Shown: piece by piece, positions 49,928 through 58,815 of the stretch
How positions within the stretch are numbered: position 1 is the first letter of the stretch
Layout: each line of letters begins with the position of its first letter
Assembly: GCA_963797555.1 (NCBI GenBank)
Contig: CAWCPV010000006.1
Coordinates: 1-64,000, forward strand
Length of the DNA: 64,000 nucleotides
Source: an uncultured Gammaproteobacteria bacterium
GTDB taxonomy: Bacteria > Pseudomonadota > Gammaproteobacteria > CAWCPV01
Direction of reading: 5' to 3'
The notes under the pieces: model-generated
Databases searched by the model: none
The model's input: the letters and a program-made list of their open reading frames with translations, nothing else
What the model was told of the DNA's origin: nothing
Position numbers and translations under genes: made by a program

Positions 49928-52801
49928 TCAGCGATCTGGAGATGGGGGACGAACCACCCGAAAACCGTAGTAGTCGTTGCGGGAATCCGGGCCGCCCCCG
50001 CTGCGGCGGGCGGCACGACAGAGGTAGCGAAGGGAGCACCAGCAACCGCCGCGCAGCGCCCGCAACTCGTCGCCCTTTGTGCCCGTGCGTTCGGGGTTTT
50101 GGTATTCGTTCAGGCACCACTCCCAGACGTTTCCCGCCAGATCGAACACGCCGTGGGGGCTCGCCCCGCCGGGGTAGAGCCCGACGGCGGTGGTGCGGTC
50201 GGGGCCGCCCTCGGCGCTGTTGCAGCGCGCGGCATTCCACTCCCGGCCCCAGGGGTAAACGTTGTTCGGGTCGCCGCCCGTCGCCGCCTTCTCCCACTCG
50301 ACCTCCGTCGGCAGCCGAACCTCGAAGCCGAGCCGATCCGAGAGCCAGCGGCAGAAGGCCACCGCCTCGTACCAGGCAACCGTCTCGCGCGGATGGTTGC
50401 CCTCCGGCCACCTAGGCTCCCAGGCCGCATCGAATCGCTGCGCAAGGCCCTTCCACCACGCGGGATTCGCAAAGCCCGACGGGTCGTCCAGGAAGCAACG
50501 GAACTGGCGATTCGTGACGGGGTAGCGGGCGATGTGGAAAGCGGGCAGGGTGCGCCGCTCGCCCTCTTGGTAGCGGAACTCGCCAGCGGGGACGTCGCCC
50601 CAGTCGATGTCCGGGAGCCACAGCCCAGTCTTCGGGTCCCGGGCGACGCCAACGCCGGGGCGGGTGTCCAGCATCTCCCCCTCCACCTCCACCGCGAGAG
50701 CCTGGCCAATGGCAGCGCGGGCAGCAGGGTCGGGGTCCCGATCGAGGTCGCTGAGCCGCGGGGTCCAGGCGGCCCGCACCCGCTCGAGGGTCGCGGCCGG
50801 AACCCTGGCCCCGCTGCGGGCGAGGCACTGGCCGGCCACCCAGGGCTGGGCGTCGGCCAGCCAGTCGATGATGAGGGTGCAGTCCTCCGGGTAGATGCCC
50901 GCGAGGAGCACCGTCGCCTCCTCCCAGCCGCTGCGCTGCCACCAGCGCTGCACCGGCCAGAGGTCGGCCGCGGCCAGCTCGCGGGCTTGGATCTTGGCCT
51001 GCATCCCCAGGGCGACGAAATACTCCTGCAGGAGCTGGTGGCCGAAGCGGACGTACCCGCCCGTGGGCTCGATCAGGCTCGCCCTGACCGCGAGGCGGTA
51101 CAGCTCCGGCTGCAAGAGCAGGGCGGCATCCCGCGCCGACACCGAGGTCACCGCCTCCGCGCGCCCCGTGTCCTCGCCGTAGCGCTGCATGCTCCAGGCC
51201 ATGCGCCCGGCGGCATCGAGCAGCCGCTCACCGTCAGGGGTCACTACCAGCGACCGGCCGGCCGGGTCCCGCCGACCGAGCCCCTCGCGCTCGATGAGGG
51301 TGTCGACGAAGTAACGGAACAGCACGCCGCGGTTGGCCGGAACCGTCCCGCTGCGCCGATACACCCCGAGCAGCATGACCAGCATGTAGGGGTTGCGCGC
51401 GAGGCGCATGAGGTTGCGGGGCGAGGCCACCTGCTCCGCCCAGACCCGGTAGTCGTGCCCGCTGGTCTTGTGGTAGACATCCGGGCTATCGCGCGGGACC
51501 TCCCGCGCCGAGAAGAACAGCTCCAGGTCGGCACCGGCCGCCTGCCACCTATCCCAGACGGAGCGCACCGCCTCGCCGCCGGCGACAGCCCAGAAGAATG
51601 CCTCGGCGGCCTCGGCGCCGCGCCGGGCACGCTCGGCAGCAGGCAGGTCTTCGGGCTGGGCGGCCGTGAGATAACGCTCGGCGAAGTCGGCGATGCCCGC
51701 AATGGTCAGGGGCTGGATGCGGATGGTGTCGAGCGCGAGGGCCAGGTCCTCACCGTAGTCGTCCTGACGGCAGGTGGCCAGCACCGGAATCGCTTGCGGG
51801 CGGGTCCTGTTCAGCCAGGTCTTTATCCGGCCCGCCTTGTCGGCCCAGGCGCCGGTGGGCAGCTCGTTCAAGCCGTCGAGGAGCAACACGGCGCGGCGGT
51901 CGGTCATCAGGGGGGGAAGGTCGGGCTGCAGCGGCTCGACCTGGCCGGCAAGAAAGTCTTCGAAGGGCGTTGCGTCAGTCCAGTCCCCGAGCTTCACGAG
52001 CAGCGGCAGCGGGGCCCGACCGTCCTCCCGCGCCCGGGCGGCGAGATCCGCGGCGAGCCGCCACAGGGTCGTGGTCTTGCCAGCCCCGGGCGGGCCGAGC
52101 AGCACGGCGCGCGTGATGTCGGGCGTCGGGAAAGCTTCGGTGATGTCCTCGAAACGCCGGGTCTGCTTCTGGCTGCCCGCGCTTCCCACGGCCTCGAAGG
52201 GGATGTGCTGCAGCTCCGGCCGGGCCACCAGCATGGGCAGCGGCGCCTTGTCGTCGCCGCCCAGCTCGGCGGTGCCGGCGAGCGGCGTGTACAGGTCCAC
52301 GTGCTGAAGCTCCCGCAGCTCCAAGCGCCGCAGGTAAGCCAGCTCCCGCTCGCGCGGCTGCTGGGCCGCGAGCGGCGGGGCGGGCACCGGGGCCGGACCT
52401 GGGGCCGGCAGACTCGCCAGCAGCCGGTCCAGGGCACCCTGGTAGTCGCGGAAGAGATCCAGCGCCTGGAGTCGGGCCAGGTCCGCGGGCAGCGGACAGT
52501 CCTCGACCCGCACCGGGAAGATGGGCCGGTCGCGCCGCCGCGCCATGCGCCGCTCCCGCGCCACCCAGGGCCGGGCGTTGGCGGTCGCGCTCACCAGCAC
52601 CACGAACGCGTAGGCCGCAGCGATGGCGTCTGCGATGCGCTGCTCCCACTCGGCTCCCGGCTGGATGTCGCTCACGTCGATCCAGCAGCGGTGGCCGGCC
52701 TCCTCCAGGTCACGCCCAATCTCGCGAGCAAGATCGGCGTTCTCCCGCGCATAGCTGATGAAGATGACGCTGTCCACAGAAAAAGACCGGGTTGGAGCCA
52801 A
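49928..52801 (-). CDS. NLR-like STAND NTPase: N-terminal TIR domain, NACHT-type NTPase, C-terminal FGE-sulfatase (C-type-lectin fold) domain. Putative DGR target.
   Basis: TIR: VIFISYARENADLAREIGRDLEEAGHRCWIDVSDIQPGAEWEQRIADAIAAAYAFVVLVS. Walker A LLGPPGAGKTTTLWRL and Walker B VLLLDGLNEL. C-terminus RYPVTNRQFRCF…WYEAVAFCRWLS…WEWCLN…GGCW…FRVVRP. Its stop codon abuts the RT-fragment stop (tgatca). Confidence 0.75.
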   Translation of the reverse strand: MAPTRSFSVDSVIFISYARENADLAREIGRDLEEAGHRCWIDVSDIQPGAEWEQRIADAIAAAYAFVVLVSATANARPWVARERRMARRRDRPIFPVRVEDCPLPADLARLQALDLFRDYQGALDRLLASLPAPGPAPVPAPPLAAQQPRERELAYLRRLELRELQHVDLYTPLAGTAELGGDDKAPLPMLVARPELQHIPFEAVGSAGSQKQTRRFEDITEAFPTPDITRAVLLGPPGAGKTTTLWRLAADLAARAREDGRAPLPLLVKLGDWTDATPFEDFLAGQVEPLQPDLPPLMTDRRAVLLLDGLNELPTGAWADKAGRIKTWLNRTRPQAIPVLATCRQDDYGEDLALALDTIRIQPLTIAGIADFAERYLTAAQPEDLPAAERARRGAEAAEAFFWAVAGGEAVRSVWDRWQAAGADLELFFSAREVPRDSPDVYHKTSGHDYRVWAEQVASPRNLMRLARNPYMLVMLLGVYRRSGTVPANRGVLFRYFVDTLIEREGLGRRDPAGRSLVVTPDGERLLDAAGRMAWSMQRYGEDTGRAEAVTSVSARDAALLLQPELYRLAVRASLIEPTGGYVRFGHQLLQEYFVALGMQAKIQARELAAADLWPVQRWWQRSGWEEATVLLAGIYPEDCTLIIDWLADAQPWVAGQCLARSGARVPAATLERVRAAWTPRLSDLDRDPDPAARAAIGQALAVEVEGEMLDTRPGVGVARDPKTGLWLPDIDWGDVPAGEFRYQEGERRTLPAFHIARYPVTNRQFRCFLDDPSGFANPAWWKGLAQRFDAAWEPRWPEGNHPRETVAWYEAVAFCRWLSDRLGFEVRLPTEVEWEKAATGGDPNNVYPWGREWNAARCNSAEGGPDRTTAVGLYPGGASPHGVFDLAGNVWEWCLNEYQNPERTGTKGDELRALRGGCWCSLRYLCRAARRSGGGPDSRNDYYGFRVVRPPSPDR
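49946..50035 (-). repeat. Possible decayed variable repeat VR2 at the 3' end of the TIR-NACHT-FGE gene
   Basis: Related to TR_B (…TGTCG.GCCGCC.GCCGCAGCGGGGGCGGCCCGGATTCCCGCAACGACTACTACGGTTTTCGGGTGGTTCGTCCC). Many mismatches fall at template adenines, but additional non-adenine differences are present. Confidence 0.35.
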
Positions 52802-53163
52802 GAAATCGGTTCATTGTAGAGATATCTACCGTGCTCTGGCCCCGTCTTTCTCTCGGCCAACTGGCGCTAAATTTCTGGCTACTGCACCATGGTGTGCACG
52901 AGTACTGGCTCGTCCACCCGCTCGATCGGGTCCTGACTGTCTACCATTCAGTAACGGGTGAGTACCGCAAGCCCGGAATCCGCGTAACCACGGGTGCAAC
53001 GCCTGTGGGCATCCTGCCGGGGCTCCAGATCGACTGGGGCCGGCTCTCCCCCACCGGCGTACCGACAGGGATTGGGCGGGCCGGAGCGCCACGGAGAGGC
53101 GTTGCGCCCGCAGGTCCGAAAAACGGGAAGGCGCGCTGCGCGCCTCCAGCAATCAGCAATTAG
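52792..53163 (+). pseudogene. Possible Uma2-family (DUF820) endonuclease C-terminal fragment
   Basis: …HEYWLVHPLDRVLTVYHSVTGEY… resembles the C-terminal motif of Uma2/DUF820 proteins. The N-terminal catalytic part is absent and the ORF overlaps the TIR gene start. Confidence 0.25.
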
Positions 53164-53280
53164 TTTAATGATCGGAGGCCAGGCGCCATGCGGACCACGC
53201 CGAGCGCTAACCCGGTCTCGGCAGCAGACGTCGCAATCTTCAACGTCCTTGTCGCTGACCGGCAGCTTCGGCACCGGCCA

Positions 53281-54063
53281 TCACCAGACCGCCATTCCGA
53301 TGACTCCGAACGCCACCAGCGCCAGTACCAGGATCGGGCCGAACGGCTGGTCCAGGACCAAAGCCAGCTCGAACGCGAGAAGGTAGGCGAGGATGCTCGT
53401 CCCCACCGCGATGGCCAGCGAGATCTTCCAGTTGGGGCCGGCCCGGTATGCGACCATGGGAGGCACGAAAACCAGCCCGAACGCGGCCATGACGCCGATC
53501 GACGACGTGGCGAGGGCAATACCGGCGGCAATCAACAGGTCGAAGTACAGGTGAAAGCGTCTGGGTGAATGCCCGCTCGCCAGAAAGAAATCCGGAAACA
53601 TGCGCTCCAGCAGCAACTTCGGCGACAGCCAGCGCATCACCACCGCGCACACCATCATGAACGCCGCCGCGACCGTCAGGTGGGAGGCGCTCGTAAAGTA
53701 GAGCTGGCCATCGTACAGCGCGTGCCCCAGGTGTTCGGCCATTGGCACGTTGGCGAGCACCAGAATTCCGCATCCCCACCCCAGCAGCATGAACAATGCG
53801 TAGCCATTGTTGCCGCCCCGCGATGTCCACGCCTTTACGACCGCAGCGGAAGCCGAAGCGACGATCGCGCCGACATAAAAGGGAGCGGCCACGATGGCGG
53901 CAGCCAGCGACCCGGCTGCGGCCAACTGGGCAAGGGCCAGCGCGGCGAGCCATTCCTCGCGCAGCAGCAGGTACATGCCGAGGAGCGGGAGCACGAAGGC
54001 GAACACCAGGCCGGTGAAGAAGGGCAGCCGGAACACCGGGTCGAAGACCGCCAGAGGGCTCAT
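53281..54063 (-). CDS. Metal (Zn/Mn) ABC transporter permease, ABC-3/ZnuB-like
   Basis: 8-TM ABC-3 permease profile from the ATG at 54063. An ATGA start/stop overlap with the upstream ATPase gene. Confidence 0.8.
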   Translation of the reverse strand: MSPLAVFDPVFRLPFFTGLVFAFVLPLLGMYLLLREEWLAALALAQLAAAGSLAAAIVAAPFYVGAIVASASAAVVKAWTSRGGNNGYALFMLLGWGCGILVLANVPMAEHLGHALYDGQLYFTSASHLTVAAAFMMVCAVVMRWLSPKLLLERMFPDFFLASGHSPRRFHLYFDLLIAAGIALATSSIGVMAAFGLVFVPPMVAYRAGPNWKISLAIAVGTSILAYLLAFELALVLDQPFGPILVLALVAFGVIGMAVW

Positions 54064-54632
54064 TTGCCGACCTCTACGAGACGGGTGCAGACCTTGTCCA
54101 GGAACCGGTGGTCGTGGCTGATCAAGATGATGGCGTGGCCGTCGGTCAGCTTGACCAGCTCGTGTTCCATATACTCCAGGCCCTTGGGATCCACATTGTT
54201 GGTCGGCTCGTCCAACATCACTAGGTCGACGGGTGCCTTCAGGCAGGCCCACACCTGCAGAAATTGCAGTTGTCCGCCGCTCAACCGGTCGAGCCGCCTG
54301 TCCAGGAGTTGTCGAATCCAATTCGGCAGCGAGTCGCTGTCGGCTCCGGTCAAGGCCAGGAGCTCGCGGCCCGAGAGGGGGATGTCTTCCAGAGGAAGGG
54401 GATTCTGCTGCTGATGAGCGATGCGCAGCCCCGGTCGCTTCTCGATGCGGCCGGCAAAGACCTTGACGGTGCCCCCGATCGCTTTCATCAGGGTGGATTT
54501 GCCCGAACCGTTGGGGCCGCGGATGCAGACGATCTCGCCCCGAGCGACGGAGAAGCTTATCGGACCAACCACCGGACGCTCATAGCCCGCCGCAACGCCC
54601 TCGACCGACAGCAATGCCGAATCCGGCGGCAT
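54060..54632 (-). CDS. Metal ABC transporter ATP-binding protein (ZnuC-like)
   Basis: Walker A GPNGSGKST, signature LSGGQLQ, Walker B LVMLDEPT. ATG at 54632. The track ORF extends to a GTG at 54719 that overlaps the binding-protein gene. Confidence 0.75.
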   Translation of the reverse strand: MPPDSALLSVEGVAAGYERPVVGPISFSVARGEIVCIRGPNGSGKSTLMKAIGGTVKVFAGRIEKRPGLRIAHQQQNPLPLEDIPLSGRELLALTGADSDSLPNWIRQLLDRRLDRLSGGQLQFLQVWACLKAPVDLVMLDEPTNNVDPKGLEYMEHELVKLTDGHAIILISHDHRFLDKVCTRLVEVGK

Positions 54633-54708
54633 TTCCGCGGCCGCATCCTCTATCGAATGGGTCCCGAGCGCACCCGGCTGACGCCCGCCGGACCCCGCTG
54701 CAGCCGTG

Positions 54709-55644
54709 TCAAGGGCCACGGGTGTGGGACTCGATCGCGGCCAGCAAGCGGCTGATCGTGTCGTCGTAAAGGCTGAACAGGTCCTTCGCCTGCGGGGTCC
54801 CCCCGATGGTCGCGGCGACTGCGACCGCCGGGATGTGAATGCGCTGGGCCAGCCAATCGGAGGCGTCCGGCGACTTGTAGGTCGCCCTGACGATGAGCTT
54901 GGCCGGGTGCACTCGCTGCTGGTCCAGCAGCTCTTCCAGATGCGCAGAAGTGGGTTCCACGCCCGGCTTGGGCTCCAGAGAGCCCATGACCGGCATGCCT
55001 ATCCAGTGAAAGAGATAGGTGATCTCCTTGTGGTGCTCGATCACGGGCACTCCCTTCAGTGGTGCAGCTTCCTGCTCCCACTTCCTCATCGCAGCCTCCC
55101 AGCGCTCGGTGAACGAGCGCAGACGGGACTGGTAGGCGCTGGCACCTTGGGGGTCTGTCTCGATCAAGCGCTTGGTCAGCTCATCGGCCGCCAGCAGGAT
55201 ATTCTGCGGGTCGTAAACCAGGTGCGGATTGCCCACCGGATGAAGATCGCCGAGCGAACGGTCGAGCACGGCCGGCCGCTCGATGACTTGGACGTAATCC
55301 GCCACTTCCAGATGTCCCGGCTTTCCGAGCTGGATCTTGTCGTTCCCGGATTGGGCCAGGACCGGCGGCAGCCAACCGACCTCGAGCTCGGCCCCCGCGC
55401 ACACCACGAGGTCGGCGCGGCGTGCCGCGGCGATCAAGCTGGGCTTTGCTTGAACCCGATGCGGGTCTTGTAGGCCCGTCGTGGCGACAAAGACGCGGGC
55501 CCGGTCGCCCGCGATCTCGGTCGTGAGAGCGCCCCACTCCGGCTCACACGCGAACACCTCGACGGCCGCGGATGCGGGTGCGGGTGCGGGTGCGACAGCC
55601 GCCCATAACGTCAGACAAATGAACCACTTAGGCCAATTTCTCAT
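54709..55644 (-). CDS. Metal ABC transporter substrate-binding protein (TroA/ZnuA-like)
   Basis: Signal peptide and a cluster-9 SBP profile with conserved metal-ligand His/Glu/Asp positions. Confidence 0.8.
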   Translation of the reverse strand: MRNWPKWFICLTLWAAVAPAPAPASAAVEVFACEPEWGALTTEIAGDRARVFVATTGLQDPHRVQAKPSLIAAARRADLVVCAGAELEVGWLPPVLAQSGNDKIQLGKPGHLEVADYVQVIERPAVLDRSLGDLHPVGNPHLVYDPQNILLAADELTKRLIETDPQGASAYQSRLRSFTERWEAAMRKWEQEAAPLKGVPVIEHHKEITYLFHWIGMPVMGSLEPKPGVEPTSAHLEELLDQQRVHPAKLIVRATYKSPDASDWLAQRIHIPAVAVAATIGGTPQAKDLFSLYDDTISRLLAAIESHTRGP

Positions 55645-55676
55645 GTGCTGTCGTCCTGTTTAAACGGGCCGCCGGC

Positions 55677-57179
55677 CTAGAATTTGTGAGCGCCGTGGGT
55701 ACCCAGACTCATGATGTACTGCAGGAACACCTGGTTGTCGGTGAGCCCGCGTTGGTATTGGTCCTGGTTGAACTGCAGCCTGAGACGGCTGAACTCGGAA
55801 GGGCTCCAATCGATCATCTCGGAGAAACGCTGCGGCTTGAAGCTGGTCGCGGTAACGCCGTTCGCCGCGTTCAGCCCTGCGCCGATGCTTCCGGGATCGA
55901 GCTGGTCGTAACGCAGGCCCACGCGCCAATAGGGGTGAAACTGATATACGCCCTGCAGGTACCAGCCCGACTGATTGCTGTTGAAGGAGTCGATGCTGTC
56001 GATGCTTGTCGTGTCGAACGCCAGTTGCCCGCCGCGCTTGAGCTGCATCCACTCGGTGACGAACTTGAAGTTCTTGTAGTAGTAGTCGCCGTTGGGCGCC
56101 CACTTGTACACGAAGTCCACGCCGTTCACCTGCGTGTCGCCGGTGAAGCTGTTGCTGACTCCGGTACGCTCGTCCAGATCCGCGATCGGTACGCCGTTGC
56201 TGCCCGTCGCGGTGCGCAAGGTCCACAGCCCAAACCGATAGCTGCCCCCGGTCCCGATGTCCCCGCCGACGTGCGCGAATGCCGTGCCGGCGCCGACTCC
56301 GTTCTGGTTGCGGTCCGACCCGGGCGGTTCCGCGCCGCGCCCGACCTCGCCCCCCAGCTCGAGGAAAACAGGAGTCGGGGCGACCCAGTTGAGCTGCAGA
56401 CCGTCGTCACCGTAGTTGTCACCCAGGAACACGCGTTGCACCAGCGCCGGATCGACGAAGTCCCACGCATGGGCGTGAACCGAGTTCTCGTAGCCGATCG
56501 CTGAAAAGAACCGGCCTCCCTTGACGCTCAGGCCGTGGCCCAATCCCAGGGTCTGGAAATACGCTTCCTCCACCGAGACCGTGTTGTCCGGTTCCACGGC
56601 CAGGTTCATGGCTCCGCTGAACCACGGGTCCACGCTGGCCGAGATGAACAGCTCGGACTCGTCGAGAGTGAATCCTCGCCTCCCGGGCAGCTTGTCTTGC
56701 TTGACCGCATCGGCATTGGACAGGAAGCCCTCCACCTTGTAGTCGTTCGGATTGTGCTGCAGGTTGGCGTATTGGCCGTTTAGGATCAGGGAGATCGCGG
56801 GATTGAAGGCATTGGGCGTGCTCTGCTTGGTCGACGCCTGGACCGCGGAGGATTGCGCCTGGACCGCAGACGATTGCGCTTGGGCCGCGGACGATTGGGC
56901 TTGGGCCGCGACCGTCTGCGCCCGCGTGGCCGCAGCCTCGGCCCTGCTCGCTCGGGCCTCTGCTTCGTCGAGACGTTTTTCCAGTGCTCGGGTCTGGGCT
57001 TCGTAGCTCTTCTTCAGCTCCTTGATCTGTTCGCGGATCTGGGCCAGCTCGGCATCGCCAGCAGCATACAGCGGGGCCGGACACCCCACCGCCAGCACGA
57101 TAGCGAGCGCTCCGACTTTCGGCTGAAACTGCCGCAAACCGATAGCCCCGGGCGCCACCCGCAGGGTGCGTTGGTTCAT
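55677..57179 (-). CDS. Putative outer-membrane beta-barrel (porin-like) protein with N-terminal coiled-coil
   Basis: Signal peptide. Coiled-coil with three AQAQSSA(A/V)Q repeats, then ~380 aa of alternating beta-strand pattern ending in a C-terminal Phe. Co-oriented with the metal ABC genes. Confidence 0.55.
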   Translation of the reverse strand: MNQRTLRVAPGAIGLRQFQPKVGALAIVLAVGCPAPLYAAGDAELAQIREQIKELKKSYEAQTRALEKRLDEAEARASRAEAAATRAQTVAAQAQSSAAQAQSSAVQAQSSAVQASTKQSTPNAFNPAISLILNGQYANLQHNPNDYKVEGFLSNADAVKQDKLPGRRGFTLDESELFISASVDPWFSGAMNLAVEPDNTVSVEEAYFQTLGLGHGLSVKGGRFFSAIGYENSVHAHAWDFVDPALVQRVFLGDNYGDDGLQLNWVAPTPVFLELGGEVGRGAEPPGSDRNQNGVGAGTAFAHVGGDIGTGGSYRFGLWTLRTATGSNGVPIADLDERTGVSNSFTGDTQVNGVDFVYKWAPNGDYYYKNFKFVTEWMQLKRGGQLAFDTTSIDSIDSFNSNQSGWYLQGVYQFHPYWRVGLRYDQLDPGSIGAGLNAANGVTATSFKPQRFSEMIDWSPSEFSRLRLQFNQDQYQRGLTDNQVFLQYIMSLGTHGAHKF

Positions 57180-57251
57180 GGTTTTTCCTCACCGCCAGGC
57201 AACACTGCAACACAGACCCCAACGGGGGCCTGCCGTTACGGGCTTTGAGGC

Positions 57252-57569
57252 TCAGGCGAGAGGCGGTGGGGCGCGGGAGAAATAGGGACGGCAGATACGG
57301 CAGATGATGCGCGGGGCCGCCGGGAGCGCGGGCGCAGCGACGGCCCGCGGCGGCTCCACGAAGAGCGGCACCGAAGGCAAGGCCCCCCCTAGCTGGGCGA
57401 ACGCGACACACTGCTCGCATACGTGGGAATGCGGCAGGTGTTTGTCGGGCTGCCCCGGTCCAGAGAGCGGATCGCTCAGGTGGGAGAGCGGATGCACCGC
57501 CGCTCGCCCCTGGGCGACGAGCACCAGTAGTGCGAGCAGGACAATCGCGACGGGGCGGCGATGCAGCAT
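57252..57569 (-). CDS. Small periplasmic His/Cys-rich protein, possibly DUF2946-like
   Basis: Signal peptide from the ATG at 57569, then HPLSHLSDPL…HLPHSHVCEQCVAF…CRICRP. Confidence 0.35.
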   Translation of the reverse strand: MLHRRPVAIVLLALLVLVAQGRAAVHPLSHLSDPLSGPGQPDKHLPHSHVCEQCVAFAQLGGALPSVPLFVEPPRAVAAPALPAAPRIICRICRPYFSRAPPPLA

Positions 57570-57853
57570 GGCGAAGTAGCATGCTGCGCGTCCGGCGCGG
57601 CTGTCAAGCGGGGTTTCTTCCCGCATAGACTAGAGAGAGTCCGCGGGATGGGGGCGTGTCAGGACGCCCCCCCCGCATCCCGAAGACTGCTACCATCTTG
57701 CCCGCCAGCGCCCGCCCGGATGGCTCGGCGAGGGGTGCGGGAGGATCCGGGTGACGCTGACCCAGCGAAGCGAGGGCCGGTCAGGGGGCGTTCAGGTTGT
57801 GCGGTTATACTGGGGCCATCGGATTTCCGGAGGCGCCGAGAGGAGAGATTGAG

Positions 57854-58696
57854 ATGTCAACGCAAGGCGATGCCCACACTGGGGCGCATACGCGCCGACG
57901 GCAAGAGCATGTGCTCCCGAAGGTGCTCGCAGCCGGCCTGCTCCTCTTGGCGCCCCTCGGACGGGTGTCGGCAGAACCGGCGCGGGACTGCCAGGTCCGC
58001 GACTTCCCCATCCATCAGACGGTGCACAAGGAGGACTCGCTCGATCTTCGCGTCCCGCCAGGATACGTGGACTCCGTCGCAGTCCGCTGGGATGACGCCA
58101 TCGGAAAGGGACACAACGCCCGTGGGGAGGTGTTTCTGGACGGACAGCCCTTGGGAAACACGGACATCAAATCGGCCGGGAACACGTCGGTGTTCCGAGC
58201 GGACCGCTACGCCTCGCGCGGGCGGGTGACGGTCCGCATCCGCAGGGACGACGCCCACGTCCATTCGGTCAAGGTCGTCCTGTGCGCTGACTCGTCCCGC
58301 GACGGTCGCGGGGCGGAGGAGTCCGTAGCCCCTCTGGCCGAGGAACTGGTCCACCGGACACGGCGCCTGCACCGGGACGCCGAGCGGGAGGCGCAGGGAT
58401 CGCGTCGCTGGAGAGCGGTGCGCGACCTGGAGGCGCTCGAAGCCTCCGCGGAGGACTTCTACCGCCTCGCGGCCGGCGTCCCCCCCGCCGGACGCGAGGC
58501 GCACAGGGCGTACCGGCGGCTGGAGGATGACTACCGGCGCGCGGGCTCGACCCTGGACCAAGCCGATTTCTCCCGCCGCGTGGAAGCCCAGTGGGCTGAC
58601 CTGGCTCCTATCATGCGCCGCCTGGATGAGCGCTTCGACCGTGAACGGCCCCCGGAGAGATCGCGGGAAGGCCGCCCCTGGGAGGGCAGGGACTGA
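57854..58696 (+). CDS. Hypothetical secreted protein
   Basis: AGGAGAG RBS 6 nt upstream of the ATG at 57854. Signal peptide, then an Arg/Glu-rich C-terminus. No family recognised. Confidence 0.45.
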   Translation: MSTQGDAHTGAHTRRRQEHVLPKVLAAGLLLLAPLGRVSAEPARDCQVRDFPIHQTVHKEDSLDLRVPPGYVDSVAVRWDDAIGKGHNARGEVFLDGQPLGNTDIKSAGNTSVFRADRYASRGRVTVRIRRDDAHVHSVKVVLCADSSRDGRGAEESVAPLAEELVHRTRRLHRDAEREAQGSRRWRAVRDLEALEASAEDFYRLAAGVPPAGREAHRAYRRLEDDYRRAGSTLDQADFSRRVEAQWADLAPIMRRLDERFDRERPPERSREGRPWEGRD

Positions 58697-58815
58697 CCCG
58701 ACCGGCGCGCGGCGGCTGTCCGCCACGTCCGGCTCCCGGGGCGCGGCCCGGCGTGCTCACCGGGTGAGAGTACCTCGCACTCGTCGACAGGACCGGCTGG
58801 ATGATCTTGCCCCGC

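Noticed and set aside
56815-56900. Short direct repeats checked as a possible CRISPR array
   Set aside because: Only four imperfect ~21-bp units without spacers, lying in frame inside a coding sequence. No cas genes anywhere in the window.
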